From a virus (lineage: Duplodnaviria > Caudoviricetes), in IMG/VR virus record IMGVR_UViG_3300025889_000139, positions 1-58,279 of that record: 58,279 nt of DNA; one strand, 5' to 3'. How positions within the stretch are numbered: position 1 is the first letter of the stretch; every line of letters starts with the position of its first letter. The translations under genes were made by a program, and so were the position numbers. Of the stretch, positions 1 through 10,129 are shown piece after piece. The notes under the pieces were generated by a model. That model was given only the letters and a program-made list of their open reading frames with translations, searched no databases and was not told where the DNA came from.

Positions 1-737
1 TCGGCTGGACCCATAGGTTCGTCCATTTCTGGTTCAATAGGTTCGGCATCCAAAGCACCCATATCATCCATACCCATCATATCGCCGCCCATAGGTGCGA
101 TTGGCTCTACTGGTGCTGGTGGTAGGTTACCAGGAACACCACCCATATCACCGCCTGGTTGCTCTGCTACACCAGCAAGGTGAAGCATTTGTGATAGTGT
201 TTCTGCGTCTGTTGAGTTTAGGTCTGTGATAGAAAGATTGATTTGTGCTTCGTCAAGCTGTTCGCTTTCGTTCATTTTGCAATCGCAGTCTGGACCGCAA
301 TCGCAAGGATCATTACCACAGCAACCACAAGCAGCTTCTTTCATCTTCTTGTGCTTCTTGCCGCAACCTTCTTCCATCTCTTGGCTTTCACCATACATAT
401 CTTCGTCTTCTTCATAGTCGCTTAGTTCGTCAAAGAAGTCGCCTTGTTCTTCCCATTCAGCGTCTTCCTCAAAACCCATAGCAACTTCATGCCAATCTAC
501 ATTGCGTAGAGCGTCACCGTCTGGTGTTTCATTACCCCACATTTCTTTACATAGGCGCTCTAAGTCACGTGCTAGGTAATCAGCATCTGGTGAAGTACTA
601 GCCATTCTTGCAGCTTGTCGGTACAGTCCTTCGTCGTTGTTCAACCATAATGAGGCATTCCAAGTTTCACGGTTGGACCATCCATTATAGTCTTCTGATA
701 GTCTATCCATAGACTCAAGTAGTTTTTTCATATCCAT
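1..737 (-). CDS. Acidic, probably head-packaged polyprotein-like protein (runs off the left edge)
   Basis: Not in the ORF track. Manual translation from ATG 737 (TAATG overlap with the upstream stop): MDMKKLLESMDRLSEDYNGWSNRETWNASLWLNNDEGLY...CGCCGNDPCDCGPDCDC...MLHLAG..., open to position 1. Confidence 0.8.
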   Translation of the reverse strand, partial: MDMKKLLESMDRLSEDYNGWSNRETWNASLWLNNDEGLYRQAARMASTSPDADYLARDLERLCKEMWGNETPDGDALRNVDWHEVAMGFEEDAEWEEQGDFFDELSDYEEDEDMYGESQEMEEGCGKKHKKMKEAACGCCGNDPCDCGPDCDCKMNESEQLDEAQINLSITDLNSTDAETLSQMLHLAGVAEQPGGDMGGVPGNLPPAPVEPIAPMGGDMMGMDDMGALDAEPIEPEMDEPMGPA

Positions 738-1318
738 TATCTTTTCCCCAATTCGTGGTTACCTCTGTCGCTCATAACAGGGGCTGTATTTACTGGATCG
801 TCGTTTGTTGTTTTTGCTGCTGGTGTCTTTTCACCTGTAGCATACTCGTATTGGCGTGTCTCTAGTTCTTTTAGAAAGTTACCGACGAATTCATCACCAT
901 ATTCAATCTCGTGTCCTTCTTGTGCGTATTCAGAATCTAGTAGCGAAACATACTCTTTGCCCTCATCTGCTAGTGCATCTTCCCGTGCGATTTCTTCAGG
1001 GTGTCCTGAAGGAATAACAACAACCTGTGAACCACTCAACCCGATTTCTTCCTGAATATAATGGAATAGTTCATGTGATGTTACTGGATAGCTAAAAGAA
1101 GCATCACTGATATATACATCGCTATTCTTGATATTGAAGAAATCCTGTGGGTGTTCTTGGATTGGTGTCTTTTTGAAGGTACTCATACTTGTTAGACCAT
1201 ATTTCTCAAATATAGTCTCAAACTTATTCATATCAGGTGCTTCATCAATACCAGCAACCTTGATACGCATTTTATATTCCTTGACGCTTTCGGTCAAATA
1301 GTCTCTAAAGGTTTTCAT
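737..1318 (-). CDS. Putative prohead/internal head protein
   Basis: Likely start MKTFRDYLTE at 1318 (GAGGA RBS, late promoter at 1339-1346); resembles the T4 capsid-targeting sequence MKTYQEFIAE. Confidence 0.6.
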   Translation of the reverse strand: MKTFRDYLTESVKEYKMRIKVAGIDEAPDMNKFETIFEKYGLTSMSTFKKTPIQEHPQDFFNIKNSDVYISDASFSYPVTSHELFHYIQEEIGLSGSQVVVIPSGHPEEIAREDALADEGKEYVSLLDSEYAQEGHEIEYGDEFVGNFLKELETRQYEYATGEKTPAAKTTNDDPVNTAPVMSDRGNHELGKR

Positions 1319-1345
1319 AAACGATATCCTCACTTATTGTATTTA

Positions 1346-1843
1346 TCATTTGTCGGCGTTTTTATCAAGCAACTGCCTAAGAAGTTCAGTCCGATCCACT
1401 GTCTCGCCATCACCGTCAATGGATTTACCGTCTGTTTTGGCTTTGGCTTGGTCCATTTTTTCTTTTTTCAGTTGCAAATCAACCATTTTCATCTTCTTAT
1501 CTACTTTGGCGTTCTTCGCTGTAATAGCGTGTCCTAGCATAGTAGCAGCAACCTCAAAAATACGACCTGAATACTTTGTATCCACATTCATCCCCAATGA
1601 CATCAAATCATCATAGGCACCTTCTGCTTTACTGGCTAGGGAATCCATTTCTGTATCATGTTCTTCTAAACCCTCAACAGGTGGTAGGGCATCGTCAATC
1701 TTATCAATGACGGCATTTGCTTCCTCATAGGCAGCAACATCTTTCTTGGCTTGTTCCGTATCCACCTCTTGGATTTCTTCTTCGGAATCGTCTTCGGAAT
1801 CGACCGGGGCAAGGTTCAGCAAATCTTCTAGTTGTTTCGTCAT
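1346..1843 (-). CDS. Putative small terminase subunit (T4 gp16-like)
   Basis: Helical protein with GRIFEVAATML..DLQLKKEKMD, reminiscent of gp16 PRAYEV..DLQKK; start MTKQ lies 4 nt after TAAATA. Confidence 0.5.
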   Translation of the reverse strand: MTKQLEDLLNLAPVDSEDDSEEEIQEVDTEQAKKDVAAYEEANAVIDKIDDALPPVEGLEEHDTEMDSLASKAEGAYDDLMSLGMNVDTKYSGRIFEVAATMLGHAITAKNAKVDKKMKMVDLQLKKEKMDQAKAKTDGKSIDGDGETVDRTELLRQLLDKNADK

Positions 1844-1853
1844 AAGGTATTTA

Positions 1854-2657
1854 TTACTCACCACAGTTCTTTATACATTCTGGGTATACTAATCCTTCAA
1901 AGTCGTTGTAATCCAAATTCTTCAAATAACAACAAGGAGAAACCTTCCCCGATGCATTTATAAACAAACTAGGCATTGACTTATGCATGCAATTCTGCTC
2001 ATTGGGAATTTTCTTATCTTTCCCAATTTGATTGAACTTATTGTCTTGTTCCCATCCCTCTATAACTATCTCTTTGCCAGTTCTATAATGATATGATTTT
2101 TGTTTATAACGAGCATTTTTCACAAACTCAAATCTACTGAAACCTAACTTCTGACTTAATCTTATACATTCTTTTATCTGGTGTTCATTATGCTTGAACG
2201 GTATAAACTGCCATACTGCGTTGCCGCCGCTATTAATAAAAGATGTAGCATTGTCTATAATTTTGTCGTAAAATGTCCCTTGTCTATGATATTCGTGTAC
2301 TTCTCCTATACCGTCCAGAGCAAACCATACCTCATGAGCAGGTAATCTTTCTGGAAGCGTTTTCCACCAATCCTGTTTTCGCAGACTACCATTGGTATGA
2401 ATATGAACCTTGCCCATATTACCACAGTAATCTATATGTTCATTGATATTTTTTGCCGCAAGGGGATCACCTTTATTACCACACATTTGAATATGAGTTA
2501 TACCATATTCTTTCACAGCATGGTCAAGGTCGTTCACACTCAAATCATGAACTATTAGGTCTTTTGATAAGCCAAATCCGTTATTATTTCGTGGGCAGGC
2601 AGGGCACCAAGCATTACATCTGGTGCTTATTTCGGCATGCAGCCATTTAAATTTCAT
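1854..2657 (-). CDS. Radical SAM enzyme with C-terminal Twitch/SPASM-like cysteines
   Basis: CNAWCPAC (CxxxCxxC), GNKGDP, HTNGS, FALDG, C-terminal GKVSPCC; start MKFKW at 2657 follows TAAATA. Confidence 0.9.
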   Translation of the reverse strand: MKFKWLHAEISTRCNAWCPACPRNNNGFGLSKDLIVHDLSVNDLDHAVKEYGITHIQMCGNKGDPLAAKNINEHIDYCGNMGKVHIHTNGSLRKQDWWKTLPERLPAHEVWFALDGIGEVHEYHRQGTFYDKIIDNATSFINSGGNAVWQFIPFKHNEHQIKECIRLSQKLGFSRFEFVKNARYKQKSYHYRTGKEIVIEGWEQDNKFNQIGKDKKIPNEQNCMHKSMPSLFINASGKVSPCCYLKNLDYNDFEGLVYPECIKNCGE

Positions 2658-2664
2658 AAAATAT

Positions 2665-3108
2665 TTATTTCTTTTTACCTGTATTGACGAATATCTCGTC
2701 TTCGGTAATAACACGAAACTCTAGCCCAACTCTACTACAGAAGGCAAGTGTAGATTTCCACTTTGCCTCGTTTATCTTTGCTTGATATTGATTTCTCTTG
2801 GAACGCCCTGCTTCTTTCAGGGTTGTTTGGTTCTTTGGTTTGATTTCTATAAGTTCAGTCTTTTCTTTACCAGTAGCATCCACATACTGTATAAGAAAAT
2901 CTGGGATATATTTTCTTCGTTTTCCAGTAAATGGGTCCGTATAAGGTATCTCCAATGATTCACTTGCCCATTGCTTGATATGGGGATTTTCATCACAAAA
3001 CATACAGAATCTTCTTTCCCAACTACTTCTACATATAGGTTTTTTCTTACCCACGTATTTTTGGGGATTTTTAGGTGTGAATACACTTCTATGAAACTTA
3101 TTAGCCAT
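2665..3108 (-). CDS. gp4: Head completion protein (T4 gp4-like, TnsA-type nuclease fold)
   Basis: FTPKNPQKYVG..RSSWE..FCDENP..WASE..YIPDF..LIEIKP. Confidence 0.85.
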   Translation of the reverse strand: MANKFHRSVFTPKNPQKYVGKKKPICRSSWERRFCMFCDENPHIKQWASESLEIPYTDPFTGKRRKYIPDFLIQYVDATGKEKTELIEIKPKNQTTLKEAGRSKRNQYQAKINEAKWKSTLAFCSRVGLEFRVITEDEIFVNTGKKK

Positions 3109-3115
3109 ATCACTA

Positions 3116-3514
3116 TTATGCTAGAATATTCCTTGAGGCATATTTGTTCGGTGTTAATGCTTGAGAATACCCAAGTAGGCTTGTGTTTCTTCGGGTTTGA
3201 TTTAGGTATAACGCCAATACTTGGTCTAACTCTATTCCTTCAAACTTCTGTAAATCTTTTATAAGGTCAAGAACATTTAGGTCTTGACTTCTTGCCGCTG
3301 TGATAATAGCTTCGGACATTGCGTTGGCGGCTTCTTCGTTTCCTGTGTGTTTTAGAAAAAATGAATATACCAAGTCCCACTCAACACCTGTGATTTGAAC
3401 AGGTTGGTCAAAGTATCCATTGAAAAATGTTCTTGTTTTGCTTTCCTGTGAAACATTGTCGTTATTATCTTTTAGGTTTTCAACTGGGAGGTTAGTATAT
3501 CTTACGTTAGCCAT
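3116..3514 (-). CDS. Hypothetical protein (tail/baseplate region)
   Basis: 132-aa ORF coupled to the upstream gene by a TAATG overlap. Confidence 0.7.
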   Translation of the reverse strand: MANVRYTNLPVENLKDNNDNVSQESKTRTFFNGYFDQPVQITGVEWDLVYSFFLKHTGNEEAANAMSEAIITAARSQDLNVLDLIKDLQKFEGIELDQVLALYLNQTRRNTSLLGYSQALTPNKYASRNILA

Positions 3515-4872
3515 TAGGAGCTTCCTTCATCCCCAATATTAGCTGGATCAACCGTTATACGACCATTCTTCAATGTTACTGGTTTTCCTGTTCGCAATGC
3601 TAGTTGTTTAGCTGTTTCCAAAAGATTTTTATCTTTTGCTGACAGGTTACTTGTTATACTACTCATCTTACGAGGGTTTGTTTTAGTTTTATTGGTATTA
3701 TTGACGGTAACACCTGACTGTCCTTTATCTGGATTTACCCACGGAGCAGCAACATTGTTCTTAGTAGTTCCGTTGTATGTGCCTTGTGACGACGTAGCTC
3801 CAGGAGGACCAGCCATTGTACTATTACCGATAATGGTCGCAACATTACCAATAGTTTTTACTGCTTTTGGGAAAACAGTGCCAGCCAATGGATTTTGCCC
3901 TCGTAAGGCAGCTTTGGCGGCGCCGGCTAATTCACCTTTGAGAACATTTTTAATATCCGTGTTTCTTGAATTATATACTGTTTTGCCTAGTTGGAATAAT
4001 CCGCCCAGAACATTTCCGTTAGAAAAAGAATCATTCGCGGATAACAACCCATCAAGCAAACCTCCTTCACCTATAACAGAACCAGCTACACCGCCAGGTG
4101 AAAGTGGGCTAGGCGTTTTATCATAATGCGAAACAGCGAAGTTAGTTGGGTTATCTTCTGCTGTTCTACCTTCTGCGTACAATACTGACTCATACTGAAC
4201 TTGCATAGTGTGTTCCATAGTGTCACCATCTGCATAAGCGTGCCGGTCATGACTGAAACTAGTAATAATAGGATTTACTAACGTATGCTCAACATACTTA
4301 CCTTGAAACATTGAATATATACGAATATCACTGAAAAAACGAAGAGCGCCAGTACTCGCCGGGCCTCGGTCCATACCCCAAGGAACAGTATCAGGTGTTC
4401 TGTTTCGATAAACGTCTTCTTGTGTATACGCTCTATGCAATGATGTCTGGTCGCCATTGTCATAATCAGTGTCTTGGTAGAAAAAACGGTAATACGCATA
4501 CCATAAACGACGAATAGTATCTGCTTGGTCATCATGGAACGAAATATTAACAGGCTGATAATTTACTTTATGTTGGGTATAACGGTGTCTGTTATACTGG
4601 TTTTGATCTTCTACCTCAATAGTGAACTGAGGGAGTTCAATAGACTTTACGAATAAGTGAAGATTTCCACGATCTGTGTTGTTTACAAACTTAGTAACTT
4701 CTCCCATCGCAGGCGCAGAAAAGTTGAACACAACGTGAAAAAGATGTTTATGTCGCGGTTGCAAAGCGTATGTATCTGCAACAAATGTATCAGACGCATG
4801 TGTATAGTCACGGATAGTGTCGCTACCGAATGCACCTTTTCCCACACCTTTAAGAAACTTATTTACACTCAT
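3514..4872 (-). CDS. Tail tube-like baseplate/tube initiator protein (gp54/gp19 family)
   Basis: VKSIELPQF..NQYN..YQPVNISFHDD tube-fold motifs; directly downstream of the tail tube gene. Confidence 0.65.
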   Translation of the reverse strand: MSVNKFLKGVGKGAFGSDTIRDYTHASDTFVADTYALQPRHKHLFHVVFNFSAPAMGEVTKFVNNTDRGNLHLFVKSIELPQFTIEVEDQNQYNRHRYTQHKVNYQPVNISFHDDQADTIRRLWYAYYRFFYQDTDYDNGDQTSLHRAYTQEDVYRNRTPDTVPWGMDRGPASTGALRFFSDIRIYSMFQGKYVEHTLVNPIITSFSHDRHAYADGDTMEHTMQVQYESVLYAEGRTAEDNPTNFAVSHYDKTPSPLSPGGVAGSVIGEGGLLDGLLSANDSFSNGNVLGGLFQLGKTVYNSRNTDIKNVLKGELAGAAKAALRGQNPLAGTVFPKAVKTIGNVATIIGNSTMAGPPGATSSQGTYNGTTKNNVAAPWVNPDKGQSGVTVNNTNKTKTNPRKMSSITSNLSAKDKNLLETAKQLALRTGKPVTLKNGRITVDPANIGDEGSS

Positions 4873-4911
4873 ACTGTATTTATCTTATGGAATAATATAC
4901 ATACATAATAG

Positions 4912-4936
4912 AAAAGGCACCCGAAGGTGCCTTTCC
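4912..4936 (-). terminator. Rho-independent terminator after the tail tube gene
   Basis: Minus strand AAAGGCACC-TTCG-GGTGCCTTTT (cUUCGg loop, T4-style). Confidence 0.85.
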
Positions 4937-4958
4937 ATAATAGAAGTATAATGTCAGT

Positions 4959-5576
4959 TTAGCCAGTTACGATAGAACCAAGTGTTCTACCAACATCTAC
5001 GCCAACTCCACTACCAAGTGGTGTCTGAACTGCGTTATCGTATTTGATTGTAATATCAATCATCATAACTTCATTTGATGAGAAATCTGCGTCACTATAA
5101 GATACGTTAGTAACGAAGCAACCATAAAGTTCCCAAGTTTCAAGAACATTTGGTTCAAACTGTCCATTACCACCGTCAAGTGTTTCGAAGCGAGTAATAA
5201 ACTTATAGTCAATACCAGATGCCGCACGGGACTGTTCCATCATATCCAACTGTTTCTGAACCTGTTCGCCAACTAGTTTAGATACGCTACCATTCACATC
5301 ATCACGGAAACTTACTGTGATATCTTGCCATGAGTGCTTACCGGCTAGGTGAGCTTTTGAGTTGTAGATATCAATAGTGATTGGTTCAAATTCTAGCTTT
5401 GGACGATTAAATGAGCGAAGGTTTTTAGTTAGTTCGGTTCTTGGTGAAGATACACCAAAGTTCTCAAAACTTGCTCTCCAACTGTAGGCAAGCTTTGGCA
5501 TCAATAGACCTTGAGCATTGGCGCTCTGGTCCGTGTTTAGTGGAACTGTAAATTTGTTCAATGAAGAAACTGACAT
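4959..5576 (-). CDS. gp19: Tail tube protein
   Basis: LAGKHSWQDITVSFRDD, WELYGCF..YS, ITIKYDNA; follows the sheath gene. Confidence 0.9.
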   Translation of the reverse strand: MSVSSLNKFTVPLNTDQSANAQGLLMPKLAYSWRASFENFGVSSPRTELTKNLRSFNRPKLEFEPITIDIYNSKAHLAGKHSWQDITVSFRDDVNGSVSKLVGEQVQKQLDMMEQSRAASGIDYKFITRFETLDGGNGQFEPNVLETWELYGCFVTNVSYSDADFSSNEVMMIDITIKYDNAVQTPLGSGVGVDVGRTLGSIVTG

Positions 5577-5620
5577 TGTTTGTTACTCCTGTTTATAATA
5601 ATATTTATCATATTTCAAAT

Positions 5621-5650
5621 AAAAAAATGGGGGTATAAAAACCCCCATTT
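5621..5650 (-). terminator. Rho-independent terminator after the sheath gene
   Basis: Minus strand AAATGGGGGT..ACCCCCATTTTTTT. Confidence 0.8.
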
Positions 5651-5670
5651 CTTCATTTATGATAGCTATA

Positions 5671-8600
5671 TTAGCCGTTTGCTGCTGCTACATTACCAGA
5701 AGCAATCTCACCTGTGTTCTTCAATCTGATTGGAACATAGATGAATTCTGCTGCTTTTACTGGCTCAATAGCCACATCAACATATAGTTCGTTACGGTCA
5801 ATACGGGTTGGTGTATTGTTTGTTGTGTCACAAACTACCAAGTAATCGTAAATACCACGCTTCTGAACTAGGTCGTTCATTAGCTGTTCAACCTGTTGTT
5901 TTAGCTCATCGCGTGTAAGCTTATCGTTTGGCTCAAATACGAATGGTTTAGAAATCGCATCCAACTGTTGGCGAATGTATGAAACCAAACGGGCAACATT
6001 GATACGGTCTAGGGCACTTGTTGTGCTATGGCGTGATTTGTTACCATAGTTTACAAGACCTGTTCCAGTAATGAATGTTAGTGGGTTGATATCATTTTCG
6101 TATAGTGTGTCACGTGTTCCCTGACCAATATTGGTGCTAATGAAATCACCAGATGTGGCGTCAATATAACCAATGCTGGAAGCGTTATCAATCTGACCAC
6201 GCTGTGTACCAGCAGGGGCAAACCAAGGATAACTCTTATCGTCAGAACGAACAAATGTTCTTAGCATCATGTGTGATGGTGGAACAATGATTGTATTACC
6301 ACTTAGGTCGTTTGTGGAACCAGATGGATAGAACACACCAAGGTATGTGTCGTTAGTGGTTAGACCATCTTCGCCAGTTTCTGCTGCGCTATTAGCATTT
6401 GTTGCCCAGTTCTGTAGAGCAGCAGATGCACTTGATAGACGCATTGGGCTATCACCAATGATGAATGCTGTGTTGTCACGGTCATTGTTTAGTGTAACCA
6501 TATTATCAATCAACTCTGGATAACCAGGGCAAGCCATAAGTGTGAATGCACGTTGTTCTTCACGCAAGTCGGTGTTGCTATCCATAGCACTCTGTAGGGC
6601 TGTAACAACAACCTTACGCTGTGCTTTACGCATCATATATGGAGAACCATCTGTCTTATTACCAGAAGCAGTTACCCACGCATCCTTTTCTGTTGGAAGT
6701 GTTGGATAATCTGAGACTGATGCAAAGTTTGTACGGGAGAAGTAGTCACTGCGGAACTGCTTCACTGAACCACCAGAACGGCGTGTGTTGAATAGTAGCA
6801 TACCACGTGGGTATAGGGTTGGGTCTGGTGCGTCCAAATCAACTGTATCACTTGTTAGAAGTGAAACTGTGGTTGCTACTGTACCTGTAACTACATCGGT
6901 AGTTGTATCACCCATATAACGGGCATCGGCAAATAGAATACCATCTTCAGTTGTTTGGTCTGTTTTATCAATAGCAACCCAACGGTTTTCGCTATCTACT
7001 GTTTCATAACGATATAGTGCTGGGTAGTTTTCCAAGTCACTTGTATCAACCCATAGGTCACCTACCACTAGGGCAGTATCGTCAGACTGTGTTGTTGGTT
7101 CAGTTGTTGAAACGATTACACCTTCTGGGTCAGTGGTTGATAGGTCAAATCCACGAGCATCGTTAGATACATTCTGATAACCTTTCCATACAGAACCGTT
7201 ATGAACCATAATATCAACATCTGTTGATGAATCATACCAGTATGTTAGGTTATCTGGATTTTGTGATGGTGCAGATGTGCTTGCTGTATATGTTAGAGCA
7301 ACCCAGTTAGATAGGATTAGATCACTATCATTACCAGCACGAACCTGACCAGTTGTGATAGAAGCAGTAATACCAGCATCTGCTAGTGGGGTTCCGCTTG
7401 TATCTTTAGCAACGATTACACCACCTCTGCTGTGCTTGATTTTTAGGGCACCAGTTGAGGTGATTTCCGCTGAAACATATGTTAGACCAGCACCGTTGAT
7501 ATCTGATGCTAGTGAAGCAAGGTCACTTCCTGTTGTGGTTACAGTAACAGCACTTGATAGTGATGTAGAACCAGGGGAACTTTCCTGTAGTGTGAATGTT
7601 TCAGAACCTGTAATAGTAGCAGTTGTTTCTGTTCCTGTTACTTCTAGGTCACCAGCACTGTAGCGGGAGAATAGCTTCATTGTTGCTGTATCATCTTCGC
7701 TCACATCAAACTGTGTGTAAAGAACGCCAGCAGCAATGTTCTCACCACCACCAGAAGCATCTAGGTTGTAGTTTGCTGTACGGTCATTCTCGTATAGTGG
7801 GGCATCAACCGCTGACCATGTTTCAGTTATTGTGCTGTATTTGTATACTAGAAGGTCGGCACCAGTGTTTGGTGTGGTTGTCTTCACCCATACAGAACCT
7901 GTTGGACGAGGGGTTGTATCAGATGATTTCCACTCTGGTACGCTTGTGTGTGCTGCCTGTGTGAACTTAGGTGCGTAGTAAGTACCTACTGTAATACCGG
8001 CATCAGCGAGAGGTGTGCCTGTGCCTTCTGCTACCACAATACCTTGGTCAATAACGGAAGAATCACCGTCTGTGTCGGCATCTGTATCAGCGTATAGTTC
8101 TAGTCTGTTGTTTACTGCTGCTGCGGTAACGCCAGGAATACCAGCGGTGTTGATATCAGAAACAACAGAAGCTAGGGTTGTGCTGCTTAGTGTGATTGTA
8201 ACACCGTTGACTGTGAATGTTTCACCACCAGTGAATGTTGGTGATGTTTCTGTTCCTTGGATTGTTGGAACAATAATCTGCCAAGCTTGTGAACCGACTG
8301 CTACCCAAGCATTGTCGCTACCTTTATAGAATAGTGGTAGGGTTGCGCTTGTTGCGTCAACGGCATAGTCACCAATAGCACCGATTGATGTTTTTGGAAC
8401 ACCACCAGATAGGTCACTTGAGGATGTAATAACAGTTGGAACCTTGTTTGTGAAGGTTGCTGTTGAACTGTTCCACTCAAAGATACCCCATAGAGAGGAT
8501 GATCCTGTGTCTAACCAATATGTGTTATTTGTTGGATTACCTGTTGGTCGGCTTGCTGTACCTACAAGTTCACCAAGGTCAACGTCTGCACGGACAACAT

Positions 8601-8922
8601 AGCAACGGTTGGTTACACCAAGAACGCTGTATGCTGCCATCAAACCATATTCGTTTAGTTCATAACCGTTTAGGGCTGAACCATTTGAGCTTTGGTAGAA
8701 TGTTGGGTTACCAAAGGTGCTTGTTAATTCTCTTTGTGATGTAATGAGATATACATCACCTGCTGTAGAAGCAGTTGTTCCTGCTGCTACTCCTGCTCCG
8801 GAGCCGCTTGTCTTGTCCTGTGCTGTTGCAACAACAACTAGTGGAACTGTAGCGGTTAGTCCTGGAACATAAAAACTTTCGTCAATGACTGTTACTTCGA
8901 CGCCTGGACTTACTAATGCCAT
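5671..8922 (-). CDS. gp18: Contractile tail sheath protein with large insertion domains
   Basis: N-terminal MALVSPGVEVTVIDES; C-terminal PWFAPAG.RG, LDRINVARL, FEPND, CDTTNNTP.RIDRNELYVDVAIEPVKAAEFIY. Confidence 0.97.
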   Translation of the reverse strand: MALVSPGVEVTVIDESFYVPGLTATVPLVVVATAQDKTSGSGAGVAAGTTASTAGDVYLITSQRELTSTFGNPTFYQSSNGSALNGYELNEYGLMAAYSVLGVTNRCYVVRADVDLGELVGTASRPTGNPTNNTYWLDTGSSSLWGIFEWNSSTATFTNKVPTVITSSSDLSGGVPKTSIGAIGDYAVDATSATLPLFYKGSDNAWVAVGSQAWQIIVPTIQGTETSPTFTGGETFTVNGVTITLSSTTLASVVSDINTAGIPGVTAAAVNNRLELYADTDADTDGDSSVIDQGIVVAEGTGTPLADAGITVGTYYAPKFTQAAHTSVPEWKSSDTTPRPTGSVWVKTTTPNTGADLLVYKYSTITETWSAVDAPLYENDRTANYNLDASGGGENIAAGVLYTQFDVSEDDTATMKLFSRYSAGDLEVTGTETTATITGSETFTLQESSPGSTSLSSAVTVTTTGSDLASLASDINGAGLTYVSAEITSTGALKIKHSRGGVIVAKDTSGTPLADAGITASITTGQVRAGNDSDLILSNWVALTYTASTSAPSQNPDNLTYWYDSSTDVDIMVHNGSVWKGYQNVSNDARGFDLSTTDPEGVIVSTTEPTTQSDDTALVVGDLWVDTSDLENYPALYRYETVDSENRWVAIDKTDQTTEDGILFADARYMGDTTTDVVTGTVATTVSLLTSDTVDLDAPDPTLYPRGMLLFNTRRSGGSVKQFRSDYFSRTNFASVSDYPTLPTEKDAWVTASGNKTDGSPYMMRKAQRKVVVTALQSAMDSNTDLREEQRAFTLMACPGYPELIDNMVTLNNDRDNTAFIIGDSPMRLSSASAALQNWATNANSAAETGEDGLTTNDTYLGVFYPSGSTNDLSGNTIIVPPSHMMLRTFVRSDDKSYPWFAPAGTQRGQIDNASSIGYIDATSGDFISTNIGQGTRDTLYENDINPLTFITGTGLVNYGNKSRHSTTSALDRINVARLVSYIRQQLDAISKPFVFEPNDKLTRDELKQQVEQLMNDLVQKRGIYDYLVVCDTTNNTPTRIDRNELYVDVAIEPVKAAEFIYVPIRLKNTGEIASGNVAAANG

Positions 8923-9041
8923 TATTATTTCCTCTCGTTTCTATAAATCTATACAGATTTCCTTGTATGTATTTATCCTAAAGGCTGAAATCGGGGTTCT
9001 AATAATCGTGAAATACCCCCTTCATAAAGGTAAATACATTT

Positions 9042-9374
9042 ATGACTAGACCACTATGTAAAGTATGTAACGAAAAACCAGCCGCAGTGAACTATCACCG
9101 CAAAGGAAAAACGTATTATAGAAGTAAATGTGAGAACTGTCTATATCACAATAAAAAAAGCGTACCACGCTGGAAAAAAGCGGGATACGCTAAAAAGAAA
9201 GTTTGTGATAAATGTGGATTCAAGTCTACGCTAGATAATCAAATCACTGTATTCTTCGTGGATGGTAATATGAATAACGTTAGTATATCAAATCTCAAAT
9301 CAGTATGTGCTAACTGTCGGATTGAGATTCGTCATCAGGGGTGGCGTCAGGGTGATCTGATGGTTGATCATTAA
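9042..9374 (+). CDS. Zinc-finger / degenerate HNH-like protein
   Basis: Four CxxC pairs and DGNMNN..NLKSVCANC (HNH-like, but the catalytic His is replaced: TVFFVDG). Confidence 0.65.
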   Translation: MTRPLCKVCNEKPAAVNYHRKGKTYYRSKCENCLYHNKKSVPRWKKAGYAKKKVCDKCGFKSTLDNQITVFFVDGNMNNVSISNLKSVCANCRIEIRHQGWRQGDLMVDH

Positions 9375-10005
9375 AACCTAATGCTTCTTCTACCATACTA
9401 TGTAAATCTTCTATAGTCTCGTCATTCTCAATAACATGATCAAACTTCTCGCCAATCCATTCACGTTCAGATGGATGGATTTCGGTCAATGACCCCGGTA
9501 TCATCATTGAACTTCCGCCTTCTTGTTTCTGTGCTTTATTCCAAGACTCGGCGGCAACATACCAATCTGGCTCTGGACCACGGCGAACACGGATTGTAGT
9601 CCCGCGCATATTTTTGATCATCTTAAACTCATTGCGGAAACGAACATCTGGAATAACGTAGTTACCAGGATTTTCCAGAATGTACTTTTCCATAGCAGCA
9701 CACCAAATATTCGCACCGAATACATTACGACCAGCCTCGGTGCCCATCCATTGTAGTGCTAATCTGGGCGAAAAATCTTCTACACCAAGACGCTCTGCCC
9801 ACCATTCGTCAACTTCTTCTCGCCATTTACGGCTTTCATCTGTTGACCCAGCAAGCATTTCACGATCCCATTCAAAGATAGTAGAACAAGCATCTTTCAG
9901 TTTATCCGCAAATGATATTTTCTTAAATCCATGCTTCTCTACTAATAGATCAGCAACAGTGTCTTTACCGCTTCCTTTAAAACCGCTTATGCCTATCAAA
10001 GCCAT
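9310..10005 (-). CDS. gp1: Deoxynucleoside monophosphate kinase
   Basis: IGISGFKGSGKDT P-loop, SFADKLK, PRLALQWMGTE, VIPDVRFRNE, HPSE. Confidence 0.93.
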   Translation of the reverse strand: MALIGISGFKGSGKDTVADLLVEKHGFKKISFADKLKDACSTIFEWDREMLAGSTDESRKWREEVDEWWAERLGVEDFSPRLALQWMGTEAGRNVFGANIWCAAMEKYILENPGNYVIPDVRFRNEFKMIKNMRGTTIRVRRGPEPDWYVAAESWNKAQKQEGGSSMMIPGSLTEIHPSEREWIGEKFDHVIENDETIEDLHSMVEEALGFNDQPSDHPDATPDDESQSDS

Positions 10006-10064
10006 AATAATATACCTCTCCTACAGTCAAGTATTTTATTTACATAACGGAAATCTGTGGTTAT

Positions 10065-10093
10065 ATTATACTATAATGAAACGCTGTTGTCAA
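10065..10093 (-). promoter_or_regulatory. Sigma70-type early/middle promoter for dNMP kinase
   Basis: TTGACA-N17-TATAAT on the minus strand. Confidence 0.75.
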
Positions 10094-10129
10094 GAGGATA
10101 ATGATAAATACATAAAAGGAGTTTTTTTC

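Noticed and set aside
9680-10129. N-terminal extensions in the ORF track (also at 2658-2714, 40467-40547 and 50032-50088)
   Set aside because: They overlap antisense genes or promoters; promoter and RBS positions support the downstream ATGs
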